The notes under the pieces were generated by a model. It did no database searches. It had not been told where the DNA came from and saw nothing but the letters and a program-made list of their open reading frames with translations. A DNA stretch of 63,701 nt, counting the filler, from Reticulomyxa filosa (lineage: Eukaryota > Protista > Foraminifera), in the NCBI GenBank assembly GCA_000512085.1. It is 22 parts of 22 records of this genome, joined end to end, with 100 filler letters (N's around TTAATTAATTAA, not from the genome) between each part and the next. Parts side by side here need not be neighbours in the genome. Positions count along the whole stretch, not along the records: positions 62,651 to 63,701 come from ASPP01044472.1; 21 more parts are not named here. One strand, 5' to 3'. Position numbers and translations under genes: made by a program. Of this stretch, positions 63,481 to 63,701 are shown in pieces (positions within the stretch are counted from its first letter, which is position 1; every line of letters starts with the position of its first letter).

Positions 63481-63701
63481 GTCCAAATGAATTCATTATA
63501 TTACAAATTTGTCCTTTTTATTTATGGTATCCTTTTTTTTTTGGAAATATATTCAATTCAAATATTACAATATAATTCAAAGTAAAGTTGACACATAAAA
63601 CGGAACCTTTAGAGATGATTAATTTTCTACATGAAAAAACAACATTCAGACCTAATCTTTTTTTACAAATATCTATGCATTAAGAACTTTCTGAAAATGC
63701 T

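Noticed and set aside
1-63701. rRNA, tRNA, CRISPR arrays or autonomous transposase/RT genes
   Set aside because: None recognised by eye. A covariance-model and HMM scan would be needed to exclude them fully.

Overview
AT-rich, intron-containing eukaryotic DNA, most likely the foraminiferan Reticulomyxa filosa or a close relative. This is inferred from its lineage-typical WD40, Kelch-like and TRAF-like families and abundant pseudogenes. The window is not one locus: it is 22 contigs joined by 21 identical artificial 100-nt spacers (N44-TTAATTAATTAA-N44), so order across spacers has no biological meaning. Recognisable genes: two WD40 proteins, a Kelch-like protein, an F-box/LRR-like protein with an RS tract, a TB2/DP1 (Yop1/REEP) protein, an intronless double-GT4 glycosyltransferase, SMC3, Mic60/mitofilin, a HYR-domain membrane protein, an ERGIC/Erv46-like start, a DNAJC11-like protein, an EEF1AKMT4-like methyltransferase, the ADSL last exon, a Cys-less pentameric ligand-gated ion channel, a duplicated-4TM protein and a GPI-type ETSEY-repeat surface protein. 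Decayed copies of RNF213-like AAA+, SERCA, PP1, UPF1-like helicase, TRAF-like, HEAT and WD40 genes are also present. Most interesting: (1) a 41-bp TA-bounded CAGT...ACTG element seen four times, three at contig ends, resembling a Tc1/mariner MITE or a ciliate IES; (2) the bacterial-like tandem GT4 with a membrane anchor inside a eukaryotic contig; (3) the channel with a large extracellular insertion and its closely linked 8-TM neighbour. All identifications come from motif recognition by eye, not database searches.
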